A DNA stretch of 19,195 nucleotides from a virus (IMGVR_UViG_638275431_000001:1-19195), one strand, 5' to 3'. Shown: positions 1 to 7,925, numbered from the stretch's first letter. Program-made: numbers and translations. The notes: generated by a model not told the origin, from the letters alone.

Positions 1-2115
1 TTACTGAGCCCGGAGAATTTCGATATCTTTCATGATTTCAGGAGTTAATTCTATACCACTAACTGCAACTGCAAACAATAGCGGGTGTTTAATTTTCAAT
101 GACTCCATATGGTCATAGAACATTTCAGAATACTTTTTATTCTGTTTATCAACATATTCTTTGATTTCAGCAAAATCGGCATAATCGGGATTTCCGATTT
201 CAACCCATTGAGCTGCATCATTCAGGAAATCATTATTACTTTCGTCAAACGTTTCGGTTATATCAATTCCAAGAATGCCCAGTTGCTTAAGACGAATTGC
301 TTCTTCATAGTCTCCGATATTAGGGCACTCAGCACTGAGAATATCAAAAGCCTCTTTCGACACTTTGCACTGGTCGTATGCCCACTTAAAACCGCATTTC
401 AAACCAGGAGCCTTCACGGCAGCAGAACGCTTTCCATTATCGATGACGTAAACTTCAGTTGCTCCAATCTGCATTAATTTGCTAGGGGCATTACGCACTG
501 TATGTGGCGAAACTTTAAGTGCAATTCTGTCAAATGTATCATTATACGAAATAATCGCAATTCCTTCAAGAGCTTTTATTTCAGCAGATGTCATGTAAAC
601 CAATTCGATGTCGCGAATGTCAAAATCATTAATGTAATGGCGTTGAACGTTTGGCTTAGGATCTCGACGAGGAGATGTTTTGCGCTTATGTACCGTGAAT
701 GCTTTTCGAATATCATCCATTTCGCTAAATTTGAGAATTGAGCGTTCGCCAACTCCAAACTTCTCACAAATAGCTTTCATGGTTCGGGCATATTGGGCGT
801 ACTCGTTTTTCTTCAACTTACGAGTTTTGTTCAACACGACTACCGGAATGGTATTGCCAATATGATGATGATACGCCCGAACCATATTTGGAATGCCTTC
901 ACCGGTATCATTGATGAGAACATGCACTTTACGCCGACTGATTCCAAAGACTTCTGTTGCATCTATATTGGAACTTCTCCACGAATAACCAGAGCGCGTA
1001 ATATGCTGGCGCAAACTACCGACGCGATATGCATAAACGGTAATGTCGCAAAGCTTTGACATATTCGTATATCGATCAATAAGATCGTTAATTCGCTCGC
1101 CGTCAATGGTCAAATCTGAAATAGCTTGACGAACATAGTTGTTGTATCCACTGGCTTTAATTACGGCTTTTCGTTTATCGGTTATTCCGTCAAATTCCTT
1201 CTTTATTGATTCGGCAAAGTTATCAGAAAAATCACGAAGTCGAGAAACAATGTAATCTTCGCCTTCTTTGGTCAGCGATAGTTCTTCCCGAGAAGGAGCA
1301 ATGTCTACTGAGCCAATGGGGCACTTGATATACGCGGCTTTACCGGCATATCGAAATACCATATCAGATTCCAGGAGACGATGAGGGATCGGGTACACCA
1401 CTCCACCAATTACTGCATATACTTCTCCCGGACGGGCGAATTCGTCAGTATTGAAGAACGAATCTTGATTCGGAAATTCTTCAATACTGCTTGCATCCAT
1501 ATTTGTGATGTAAGGCTTGCAGCGATCAAATGCCCTGTACACTTTGCGAGCTAGTACTTTCCAGCGAGCATGTTCGTGCTCAGGAATCGGCACCAGAATC
1601 TCGAGACCATCTTCTTCAGTCGTCGGAGTAGTCGACATCGGTGTAGCAAATGGTTCTCCATTATCCATATACATGTTGTAGACGGTACACAGACCTTTTT
1701 GATAGCTTTTTACGGTGAAACCGCCACCCGACTCACTGTATGCAAATGGAGACTTGCAGCCAAGACCGAAACCGCCGATTGAATCATCGGAACCATCTTT
1801 GGTAGAAGCAAAATAGACAGTGAAAATTTCATCAACTTGCTCTTGTGTCAGACCAGTTCCAAAATCGCGGATTACGAACCACGGGTAAATTGCAGTTGGG
1901 AGAGTGACGTTGAATGGAATATGTCCTTTGCCGAGTTCACAATGGATATCAACTGCGTTACACGAAAGCTCACGTAAAACTGCTTCAGCTTTGTCTTTAT
2001 AAAGCTTTTCAGAAAGTACTTGGAATGCCTTCCGCCCGGCCTGGATTTTAAACCCTGTCCGTTTAGAAGGTGCATTACCAAACATCACGTCTTGTTCGTT
2101 AGAACCAATAATCAT
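1..2115 (-). CDS. rIIA: rIIA protein (N-terminal GHKL/Hsp90-like ATPase domain)
   Basis: 704 aa, complete (TAA at 1-3), AAGGA SD upstream. Motifs LYKDKAEAVLRELSCNAVD, IRDFGTG, IGGFGLGCKSPFAYS and VDIAPSREELS match T4 rIIA as recalled. Confidence 0.93.
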   Translation of the reverse strand: MIIGSNEQDVMFGNAPSKRTGFKIQAGRKAFQVLSEKLYKDKAEAVLRELSCNAVDIHCELGKGHIPFNVTLPTAIYPWFVIRDFGTGLTQEQVDEIFTVYFASTKDGSDDSIGGFGLGCKSPFAYSESGGGFTVKSYQKGLCTVYNMYMDNGEPFATPMSTTPTTEEDGLEILVPIPEHEHARWKVLARKVYRAFDRCKPYITNMDASSIEEFPNQDSFFNTDEFARPGEVYAVIGGVVYPIPHRLLESDMVFRYAGKAAYIKCPIGSVDIAPSREELSLTKEGEDYIVSRLRDFSDNFAESIKKEFDGITDKRKAVIKASGYNNYVRQAISDLTIDGERINDLIDRYTNMSKLCDITVYAYRVGSLRQHITRSGYSWRSSNIDATEVFGISRRKVHVLINDTGEGIPNMVRAYHHHIGNTIPVVVLNKTRKLKKNEYAQYARTMKAICEKFGVGERSILKFSEMDDIRKAFTVHKRKTSPRRDPKPNVQRHYINDFDIRDIELVYMTSAEIKALEGIAIISYNDTFDRIALKVSPHTVRNAPSKLMQIGATEVYVIDNGKRSAAVKAPGLKCGFKWAYDQCKVSKEAFDILSAECPNIGDYEEAIRLKQLGILGIDITETFDESNNDFLNDAAQWVEIGNPDYADFAEIKEYVDKQNKKYSEMFYDHMESLKIKHPLLFAVAVSGIELTPEIMKDIEILRAQ

Positions 2116-2127
2116 TATATGTTTCCT

Positions 2128-2394
2128 TTATTCAGTAATATCGAAATATTCGCGCTCACCCCAGAAAACCCATGCGTGATCTTCACACTGACCGCCGTCA
2201 TACACAAACACTCCAGCGACTTGATTGCCGAAACCGTCAAGAACAGCCAATACTGGGGTTTTGTCATATTCATCTGCCGGTTCTTCTCGGCATTCCCATG
2301 TGTCCATACCGAGAGTGTGAGCAATCCATTCATTGCATTTGGCAATACGTGCAAATGCTTTGCGATGTTCTTCGGATTTAAAGGTGATTTGCAT
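2128..2394 (-). CDS. small early protein, GoF/ComC-alpha-like family
   Basis: 88 aa, AAGGA SD. FKSEEHRKAFA..N..IA..LG and C-terminal E-x-x-YF are shared with the ORFs at 3528-3779 and 2971-3223. Confidence 0.75.
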   Translation of the reverse strand: MQITFKSEEHRKAFARIAKCNEWIAHTLGMDTWECREEPADEYDKTPVLAVLDGFGNQVAGVFVYDGGQCEDHAWVFWGEREYFDITE

Positions 2395-2656
2395 AACTAT
2401 GTTCCTTTTTCATGCGGTGTTCCATTTTGGAAACAATTTTGCCCCAATCGGAACCATAAAGATTCGCTTCGTGCACAAGACCTAAATGACACAGCCGGCC
2501 AAGTTCTTTGCGGGTTGCAATACCAGCTTTGATATTAGCAATAATTGGGTTAACTTCGTCGCTCAGTTCATCGGCAGTTTCTTCATCACCCATGAATCGC
2601 ACATTGATGCGACAAATTCGAACCAAGGTTTCAGATATTTCTTCATACAGGGTCAT
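2378..2656 (-). CDS. hypothetical protein
   Basis: 92 aa, strong GGAGG SD, overlaps the next gene start. Confidence 0.75.
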   Translation of the reverse strand: MTLYEEISETLVRICRINVRFMGDEETADELSDEVNPIIANIKAGIATRKELGRLCHLGLVHEANLYGSDWGKIVSKMEHRMKKEHSYANHL

Positions 2657-2694
2657 AATGACCTCCTTTGTTTTTCTACTGGTGTTATCCTAAC

Positions 2695-2723
2695 ATAGTA
2701 AACATTACCATGACACAGTTAAA
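2695..2723 (-). promoter_or_regulatory. possible early promoter
   Basis: TTTAAC-17 bp-TACTAT with an A/T-rich upstream tract, about 40 nt before the 2656 start. The -35 match is weak. Confidence 0.35.
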
Positions 2724-2748
2724 GTTAAAATAATTTTAGGATTAACTG

Positions 2749-2924
2749 GGTTGAACCTGGATAATACCTTATTCTTATGTGAATGTATTATTGACTAAAC
2801 TATTGAGTTCAGCCAGGTTTACCTGGGTCGACCCTGTCGAACTAGACATTTTTATCCTTTATGGCTTAATAGATATTATAACTAAAAGGATAAATTCGAG
2901 CTTCGCTCGAAGAGGCAAAGCCTC
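2749..2924. other. non-coding island A, dense in inverted repeats (origin-like or sRNA candidate)
   Basis: Inverted repeats at 2813-2818/2821-2826, 2828-2832/2836-2840, 2851-2860/2885-2894 (10 bp), 2895-2901/2905-2911 (GCGAAGC on minus) and 2912-2916/2920-2924. Three CCAGGT copies. No credible ORF. Confidence 0.5.
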
Positions 2925-2939
2925 AAACTGTTTTGATAC

Positions 2940-2963
2940 AAAAAAGCCGGGCAGCCGCCCGGC
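2940..2963 (-). terminator. rho-independent terminator
   Basis: 7-bp GC stem GCCGGGC/GCCCGGC followed by six T on the minus strand. Confidence 0.85.
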
Positions 2964-2970
2964 AAGTTAA

Positions 2971-3223
2971 TCAAATCAATGAACTCGAAGAAGCAAGTTT
3001 CGTCGCTAGCGATAGACTCGAACACCCGCGCCATCAATGACGATGTCAAAACCAGCCAGCAAATGGAGAATTGAGTTTGACAACGTCGAACTCTTTCATT
3101 CCCAAGTGACGAGCGATACGACGGTTGTTATTTGTGTCGCCCAGAGGACCAATTGCCCAACGCTTTTCGCCGTAGTTGATGAACTGCTGGCGTGCTTCTT
3201 TCAGATTTGAAACGTGCTTTCAT
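2971..3223 (-). pseudogene. frameshifted GoF/ComC-alpha-like small gene (sequencing error or decay)
   Basis: AGGAG SD and ATG at 3223. Removing one base from each 3-nt run at 3199-3201, 3061-3063, 3025-3027 and 2973-2975 gives about 82 aa, MKARFKSEEARQQFINY...NRRIARHLGMKEFDVV...IASDETCFFEFID. Not in the ORF track. Confidence 0.6.
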
Positions 3224-3224
3224 T

Positions 3225-3440
3225 TTATTCTCCTTTAGCCAATTCAATTTGAACGTATTCGATGTATGAAGCAGCTTTCTTGCCGCCGAGACGCTTTGCT
3301 TTCTTTGTACCTTTGATGTTCATGAAGACTGACGGAGAATCAGTTTCAACACCGTAAACATTGATAAAGGTATCAAGATACGGGGAGAAGAACATTGCAT
3401 GGGATTTAACGTTACCGAATGCTTCGGTGAAGTTGATCAT
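3225..3440 (-). CDS. hypothetical early protein
   Basis: 71 aa, GGAG SD, directly downstream of an early promoter. Confidence 0.75.
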   Translation of the reverse strand: MINFTEAFGNVKSHAMFFSPYLDTFINVYGVETDSPSVFMNIKGTKKAKRLGGKKAASYIEYVQIELAKGE

Positions 3441-3482
3441 TTTAAATTACTCCATGTTTTGCAGTTTGTTTAACTTGAGGCT

Positions 3483-3512
3483 ATAGTATCCCATAGCCTC
3501 GCGGTTGTAAAC
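3483..3512 (-). promoter_or_regulatory. T4-type early promoter
   Basis: GTTTAC(A) at 3512-3507 and TACTAT at 3488-3483. The -10 region is flanked by the 8-bp inverted repeat 3477-3484/3493-3500. Confidence 0.85.
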
Positions 3513-3527
3513 TGCTTTGTTGTGAAA

Positions 3528-3779
3528 TTATTCAATAATTTCCATGAAATAATAAAGTTCTTCGTCGTCGAAAATGATTCCGCCACCACCTGTTGATTCC
3601 GGCAGCTCGATCACCACACCATCAGAATCGACCAAACGGTATTGAACATTTTTGTTTGGATCAAACCCGAGCCAAAATTCGTCTGGCATGAATTTCTCGA
3701 ATTCGGCGTTGTACGAGGCAGATTTAGCAAAAGCTTTACGGTGCTCCGGGGATTTGAATTTAACTCGAACGATTTTCAT
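3528..3779 (-). CDS. small early protein, GoF/ComC-alpha-like family
   Basis: 83 aa, AAGGAG SD. FKSPEHRKAFA...N and C-terminal DEELYYFMEI; paralog of 2128-2394. Confidence 0.8.
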   Translation of the reverse strand: MKIVRVKFKSPEHRKAFAKSASYNAEFEKFMPDEFWLGFDPNKNVQYRLVDSDGVVIELPESTGGGGIIFDDEELYYFMEIIE

Positions 3780-3809
3780 GATGTACTCCTTAGTTGATTT
3801 GATGGATCC

Positions 3810-3839
3810 ATAATACCATTCACTTTAAGCGTTGTACAC
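3810..3839 (-). promoter_or_regulatory. T4-type early promoter
   Basis: GTGTAC(A) at 3839-3834, TGG extended -10, TATTAT at 3815-3810, A-rich upstream tract. Confidence 0.8.
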
Positions 3840-3850
3840 TGTTTTTCAAA

Positions 3851-3878
3851 AACAACAAAGGGCTCCGAAGAGCCCTTT
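3851..3878 (-). terminator. rho-independent terminator with cUUCGg tetraloop
   Basis: AAAGGGCTC-TTCG-GAGCCCTTT then a T-rich tail, immediately after the gene 39 stop. Confidence 0.9.
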
Positions 3879-5702
3879 TCATTGTGACATCCATTGTTTT
3901 CGAAGTTCTGCTTCATCGCCAAGCAGCATTTCGAACAATTCTTCCCAATCGGGTCCAAGATCGACGATATCATATTGAGGGTTATTAACGACTTCGGAAT
4001 ATTCATGTTCGCGAAGTGAACCCAATCCTTTGATGTATCGAAGTTCCCAACCTTTGTACTTTTCCTTTTGTGCATCAAACTCAGTTATGGTATAAAACCA
4101 CTTGGTCTGCTTTCCTTTAGAAAGAATGACTACCGGAGTTTTTACAAATCGTACGCACCCAAGATCATACAACTTTGGCCAACGGCTAAAGAACGCGAGT
4201 AGACATGGGTAAATTGAGCCTTGGCCATCTGGATCGGCATCAGTCATGATTGCAACATTTTTGTATTTGCGATTTTCGACATCATCTGGATTAGCTAAAT
4301 CGAGACCCATGATTGCACAGATATCGGCCAATTCTCGGTTCTTTAGCACGTCAGAACCTTTCATTCCCCAAGTGTTCATAACCTTTCCTCGAAGAGCATA
4401 TCCACCATGCAATTCGCTGTCACGAACACTCAACAAATACCCAATAGCCGAATCACCTTCTGTCAGGAACAGAGTTGTTTCTTTGGAAATGTCACCCCAG
4501 GAACCGGCCTTTATATGCTTAGCGACTTTGGTTTTTGCTGCTGCTTTTTGGGCTTTCGTCAATGCTGCTTTTTCTGCAGCCAGATGGCGAGCAAGAGCAG
4601 CCTCAATGATTGGCATCAGGATAGCATCATTGTTCATGATTTGCTTTCCTAACTTTTTGAAGTCCAGCTCAATGTGTGATTTCACTTCGCCAAGCGGATT
4701 CGTCAAACGTTCCTTTGTCTGAGAATCAAACCGAAGATTACTCATTCCACGAACAGCCACAATCATCGTCAAGCATTCTTTAATTCGAGCTTTGCTTATT
4801 TCAATTTTATGCTTTCGTTTGATTGATGGAATAAGTTCGTCGGCAATGCCATCTACCAAGTAATCGATGTGGGACCCACCATTCTTGATATTCAAACCAT
4901 TGACATAACTGACTTGGCGGAATCCTTCAGGAGAATTGCAGATTGCAATGCTGAAATTGTCATTTTCGAGAATGAGAGATTCATCACCGAACATTTTAGC
5001 GTATTCTGCAAACTTCATCGAAGCAACTTCACCGTTGATAGTGAATTTAATCTTCGGGAACACCACGGACAATGCCGTGATTCGATCTGAAATGATATCT
5101 ACTATCTGCTGATCGATCGTTTTTCCTTCAAAGTGCTTTTCATCAGGGATGAAATATACCGACGTTCCTTTGATTTTACCTGGCTTGGTTTCCCAATTGA
5201 CTTGAGATGCACCATCAGAGCAAGTGACAGTGAGAAAGTTTTTGCCATCGCATGTTTCACCGATAAAAGTCTTGGAGAAGAAGTTTGTCAGAGAAGAACC
5301 TACACCATTCATCCCCATCGATACGCGTTTAGTATCATCAAAGTTTGAACCTGCCATAGTTTGTGTCCAGGCAGCAACAGGCTTGGGCATTTCTCCATCT
5401 GGAGTGTTTACCATCGATTGAGGAATACCTCGGCCATTATCCACTACTGTCACAGAACCTTCAAGCAAATCAAAGCGAATATCAATCTTATTTGCAAATT
5501 TAAAATCAGTACGAATACCTTCATCCACCGAGTTATCAATGATTTCATCGATGATTTTTACCAGGCCTGGAACATAAGAAACAGATTGATACTTACCAAA
5601 CAAGAATCGTTCGTGTGGTTCATACGCAACAGAACCTACATACATATTTGGGCGAAGAATTACATGTTCGCGAGGAGTTAGAACTTTGAATTCATCAGAC
5701 AT
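3879..5702 (-). CDS. 39: type II DNA topoisomerase large subunit (fused gp39+gp60; GHKL ATPase plus TOPRIM)
   Basis: 607 aa. Motifs REHVILRPNMYVGS, EIIDNSVDE, DNGRGIP, GMNGVGS, LTEGDSA, IMTDADPDG and RYIKGLGS. Confidence 0.96.
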   Translation of the reverse strand: MSDEFKVLTPREHVILRPNMYVGSVAYEPHERFLFGKYQSVSYVPGLVKIIDEIIDNSVDEGIRTDFKFANKIDIRFDLLEGSVTVVDNGRGIPQSMVNTPDGEMPKPVAAWTQTMAGSNFDDTKRVSMGMNGVGSSLTNFFSKTFIGETCDGKNFLTVTCSDGASQVNWETKPGKIKGTSVYFIPDEKHFEGKTIDQQIVDIISDRITALSVVFPKIKFTINGEVASMKFAEYAKMFGDESLILENDNFSIAICNSPEGFRQVSYVNGLNIKNGGSHIDYLVDGIADELIPSIKRKHKIEISKARIKECLTMIVAVRGMSNLRFDSQTKERLTNPLGEVKSHIELDFKKLGKQIMNNDAILMPIIEAALARHLAAEKAALTKAQKAAAKTKVAKHIKAGSWGDISKETTLFLTEGDSAIGYLLSVRDSELHGGYALRGKVMNTWGMKGSDVLKNRELADICAIMGLDLANPDDVENRKYKNVAIMTDADPDGQGSIYPCLLAFFSRWPKLYDLGCVRFVKTPVVILSKGKQTKWFYTITEFDAQKEKYKGWELRYIKGLGSLREHEYSEVVNNPQYDIVDLGPDWEELFEMLLGDEAELRKQWMSQ

Positions 5703-5737
5703 TAATATTCCTCATAATGAATTGATAGAGTAGTGCC

Positions 5738-5766
5738 ATTATATCACTACTCAGTGTTTTGCGAAC
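5738..5766 (-). promoter_or_regulatory. promoter for gene 39
   Basis: GTTCGC-17 bp-TATAAT with a TGn extension. The -10 lies in the loop of the 8-bp inverted repeat 5728-5735/5745-5752. Confidence 0.7.
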
Positions 5767-5839
5767 TTTCGCGTTTAATCTTTCCAGAAATTGGCACGAT
5801 AATTATAGTGACAACAAACAAGACAGCCACAGTTGACAT
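5747..5839 (-). CDS. possible 30-aa membrane peptide
   Basis: MSTVAVLFVVTIIIVPISGKIKRESSQNTE. ATG directly follows the upstream TAA, with GGAG upstream. Hand-translated. Confidence 0.4.
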   Translation of the reverse strand: MSTVAVLFVVTIIIVPISGKIKRESSQNTE

Positions 5840-6235
5840 TTAGTCCTCCCAAATGGATTTTTTAACATCTTTTTTCATTTGCGATTTGTAAAGCAAAGAC
5901 GCCAAACTACCAGTCTGATCTAAAATGGGATACGCAATACTGTCTTTACGGACTTTGACAAGAGTTTTATACAATTTTCGAAAACCGATGCCTTTACAGT
6001 TTTCGAAATCAACATTTGTTCCATCCGAGATAATAACCCATTTTGCGAATGGACCAATTTTGTTTCCTTTTAGCCTCATCGTCATGCTATACTTCTTTAG
6101 CCATGCGTTCATTGCAGTGATTTCAGTTTCGCATTTACGTTTCCAATGGTCATCCCACATAGAAACGTAACATGCAATAAGCACAGCACTGACAACAACG
6201 ATAAAAATTACTTGGTACATGCTTTTATCATCCAT
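5840..6235 (-). CDS. hypothetical membrane-anchored protein
   Basis: 131 aa (start may be the Met at 6220). N-terminal hydrophobic helix VIFIVVVSAVLIACYVSM. Confidence 0.7.
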   Translation of the reverse strand: MDDKSMYQVIFIVVVSAVLIACYVSMWDDHWKRKCETEITAMNAWLKKYSMTMRLKGNKIGPFAKWVIISDGTNVDFENCKGIGFRKLYKTLVKVRKDSIAYPILDQTGSLASLLYKSQMKKDVKKSIWED

Positions 6236-6537
6236 TTTTCGGCTTTCAAGTTGAGTTGGAAATTCAATTCGGTTTTAATCAAATCTACGATCTGTGTTTC
6301 ACTGAGTTTAGGATAATCTTCCTTGTATTGCAAATACAGCATGTCGCAAACACAGTTCATAATATCTGCAGCTTCACCGACTGGGCGTTCATCGCAGCGT
6401 TCTGGCTGGTTCAGTGACTTGGCAAATTCACCTACTTCTTCCATCAGCTTGCCCATCACAAAACCCATCGATCTTGGAGGAACAGCCATGCTAGCGTTAA
6501 AGCTGCTAGTCATATCGATTTTGACGTCATCAATCAT
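6208..6537 (-). CDS. MazG-like nucleotide pyrophosphohydrolase
   Basis: 109 aa with the all-alpha NTP-PPase signature KLMEEVGEFAK...GEAADI. Confidence 0.8.
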   Translation of the reverse strand: MIDDVKIDMTSSFNASMAVPPRSMGFVMGKLMEEVGEFAKSLNQPERCDERPVGEAADIMNCVCDMLYLQYKEDYPKLSETQIVDLIKTELNFQLNLKAEKWMIKACTK

Positions 6538-6764
6538 TTTTGCTCCTCAAATTCGAAATATCGCTGTTCCTCGAGTGGAATTCCAATGTTGTATCCAAGG
6601 AAAGTAGCATTTGTTTTCAATGTCCCGTCTGGCATTGTTTCGAGAACTCGAAGTTCTCCAGATTTGGATTTCAGTTCAAGCGTACTTGCCCATAACCTCT
6701 GCCCTTCCGTTTTGCAAAAACGTTGTTGATATTCGGAAAGAGGGATTTTCAATTTAATTTTCAT
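6534..6764 (-). CDS. hypothetical small protein (possible distant GoF-like paralog)
   Basis: Probable start MKIKLK at 6764, with GAGG SD and overlap with the upstream stop. Ends EEQRYFEFEEQK. Confidence 0.7.
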   Translation of the reverse strand: MKIKLKIPLSEYQQRFCKTEGQRLWASTLELKSKSGELRVLETMPDGTLKTNATFLGYNIGIPLEEQRYFEFEEQK

Positions 6765-6978
6765 TTTGAACCTCGAAATATTGCTTACAGTTTGCAGAAA
6801 TTCTGCCGCGCCAACATGGACCATAGACATTGAGAAGCCATTCGGGGCCATCATTGCCTATAACACAGAGTTGCCTCCATTTTGCAAATTCAACAATAGT
6901 CCTTGCTAATCTGTAGGATTGACTGTCTTGACGGTTTGCATCTATGAAACCTTTCTTATCAACAAGACGAATTCTCAT
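6754..6978 (-). CDS. hypothetical small protein
   Basis: 74 aa, tightly packed in the operon. Ends ISANCKQYFEV. Confidence 0.7.
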   Translation of the reverse strand: MRIRLVDKKGFIDANRQDSQSYRLARTIVEFAKWRQLCVIGNDGPEWLLNVYGPCWRGRISANCKQYFEVQNEN

Positions 6979-6980
6979 TT

Positions 6981-7301
6981 TTATTGCTCGTATTGAAGTT
7001 TCACTAAAATTCGTTGTCCACGCTTCATGGAAACATCGACAATTCCCCTCAAACCAATCAGCTCGTACGCATACGTGATAGATTGCGGAAAATTAGTCGC
7101 AATGATTTTGCGAATTTTCTCTTTATACTCAGCCATTTGAGTTTGAGACTCGTTGTATGCCTTAGTCTTAAAGAGTTTGCCCCAAGTGTCTTGATTGTTT
7201 GCACCAATAGAGTTCATTTCAATGAAAAGGTCATACAATTCCTTTTCAACTCCATGACTTTTTTCTTCGCACAGCAGCAATCTATGATTCGGAGCTCCCA
7301 T
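6981..7301 (-). CDS. hypothetical protein
   Basis: 106 aa, start overlaps the cef stop. Confidence 0.7.
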   Translation of the reverse strand: MGAPNHRLLLCEEKSHGVEKELYDLFIEMNSIGANNQDTWGKLFKTKAYNESQTQMAEYKEKIRKIIATNFPQSITYAYELIGLRGIVDVSMKRGQRILVKLQYEQ

Positions 7302-7522
7302 CAGATTTTACCCTTCAGTTCTTCATAGATACCTTCTTTCAGCACCCAGGTGGTACCTTCTGCGGTGATAACACGTTCGAGAACAGCAATTCGAGTATTG
7401 CCTTCGAAAACATACAGAACGGTAGTATAGCAGAGATGCTCTTCGTGGGATTTCTCGACAACAGAAACCTTGTTGGAAAACATTACGTCAAGGAAGAAAT
7501 CTTTGGAAATACGCATTTTCAT
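7301..7522 (-). CDS. cef: Cef, modifier of suppressor tRNAs
   Basis: 73 aa. FLDVMF..VSVVEKSH...TTVLYVFE...RVITAEGTTW aligns by eye with T4 Cef (FEDVLF..LVVVQKEH...TSVYVYE...REITEDGTTY). Syntenic position between 39 and dexA. Confidence 0.75.
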   Translation of the reverse strand: MKMRISKDFFLDVMFSNKVSVVEKSHEEHLCYTTVLYVFEGNTRIAVLERVITAEGTTWVLKEGIYEELKGKI

Positions 7523-7547
7523 TACTCCATGTTTGTTTGATGTGGCT

Positions 7548-7576
7548 ATTATAAAACAGCCACATCAGTTGTACAC
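7548..7576 (-). promoter_or_regulatory. T4-type early promoter
   Basis: GTGTAC-17 bp-TATAAT. The -10 lies in the loop of the perfect 10-bp inverted repeat 7538-7547/7558-7567. Confidence 0.85.
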
Positions 7577-7828
7577 TTAAATTTCGTACTCAGAGATAAA
7601 TTCAACAAAATCTTTTTCTACGCTAACGTTGGTCTGTTCGAGTTCGCAAATGATAGCATCGCCATCTTGCTTGATGTGATACTCGTAACCGACAGCCTGA
7701 GGATCCATAGCAGCATACATATCGTCAATGCACGAGAAAACTTGGCAGCCTCTAGAAGCAATCGAATAAGCACAAATGTGGGCTTCAATCGCAAATGCTA
7801 CACCGAATTTGTTAATTGCGTAAATCAT
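7577..7828 (-). CDS. hypothetical early protein
   Basis: 83 aa, AAGGAG SD, downstream of an early promoter. Confidence 0.75.
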   Translation of the reverse strand: MIYAINKFGVAFAIEAHICAYSIASRGCQVFSCIDDMYAAMDPQAVGYEYHIKQDGDAIICELEQTNVSVEKDFVEFISEYEI

Positions 7829-7858
7829 AAAGTACTCCTTGTTGGTTAACTTGAAGCT

Positions 7859-7887
7859 ATTTTATCATGAAGCACTATCTTGTACAC
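7859..7887 (-). promoter_or_regulatory. T4-type early promoter
   Basis: GTGTAC-17 bp-TAAAAT with TGn extension and an A-rich upstream tract. Confidence 0.8.
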
Positions 7888-7895
7888 TAGTTTTG

Positions 7896-7923
7896 AAAAC
7901 AAAAAGGGGCTCCGAAGAGCCCC
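7896..7923 (-). terminator. rho-independent terminator with cUUCGg tetraloop
   Basis: GGGGCTC-TTCG-GAGCCCC followed by TTTTTGTTTT. Confidence 0.9.
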
Positions 7924-7925
7924 TA

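Noticed and set aside
2779-2970. 63-aa plus-strand ORF across island A, and the 60-aa ORF at 7956-8138 across island B; both contain KPGS
   Set aside because: No SD and non-ATG starts. The shared KPGS arises from the GC hairpin sequences, not from protein homology.
3776-4078. 100-aa minus-strand ORF overlapping the end of gene 39
   Set aside because: It is an alternative frame running through a terminator and a promoter.
3879-5702. Fusion of gp39 and gp60 as a novelty
   Set aside because: The fused form is the usual state in T4 relatives; the split in T4 is the exception.
7852-7873. TGAAGC direct repeat around the -10 of the 7828 promoter
   Set aside because: It is a short direct repeat, not inverted, and is compatible with chance. 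This promoter lacks the hairpin seen in the others.
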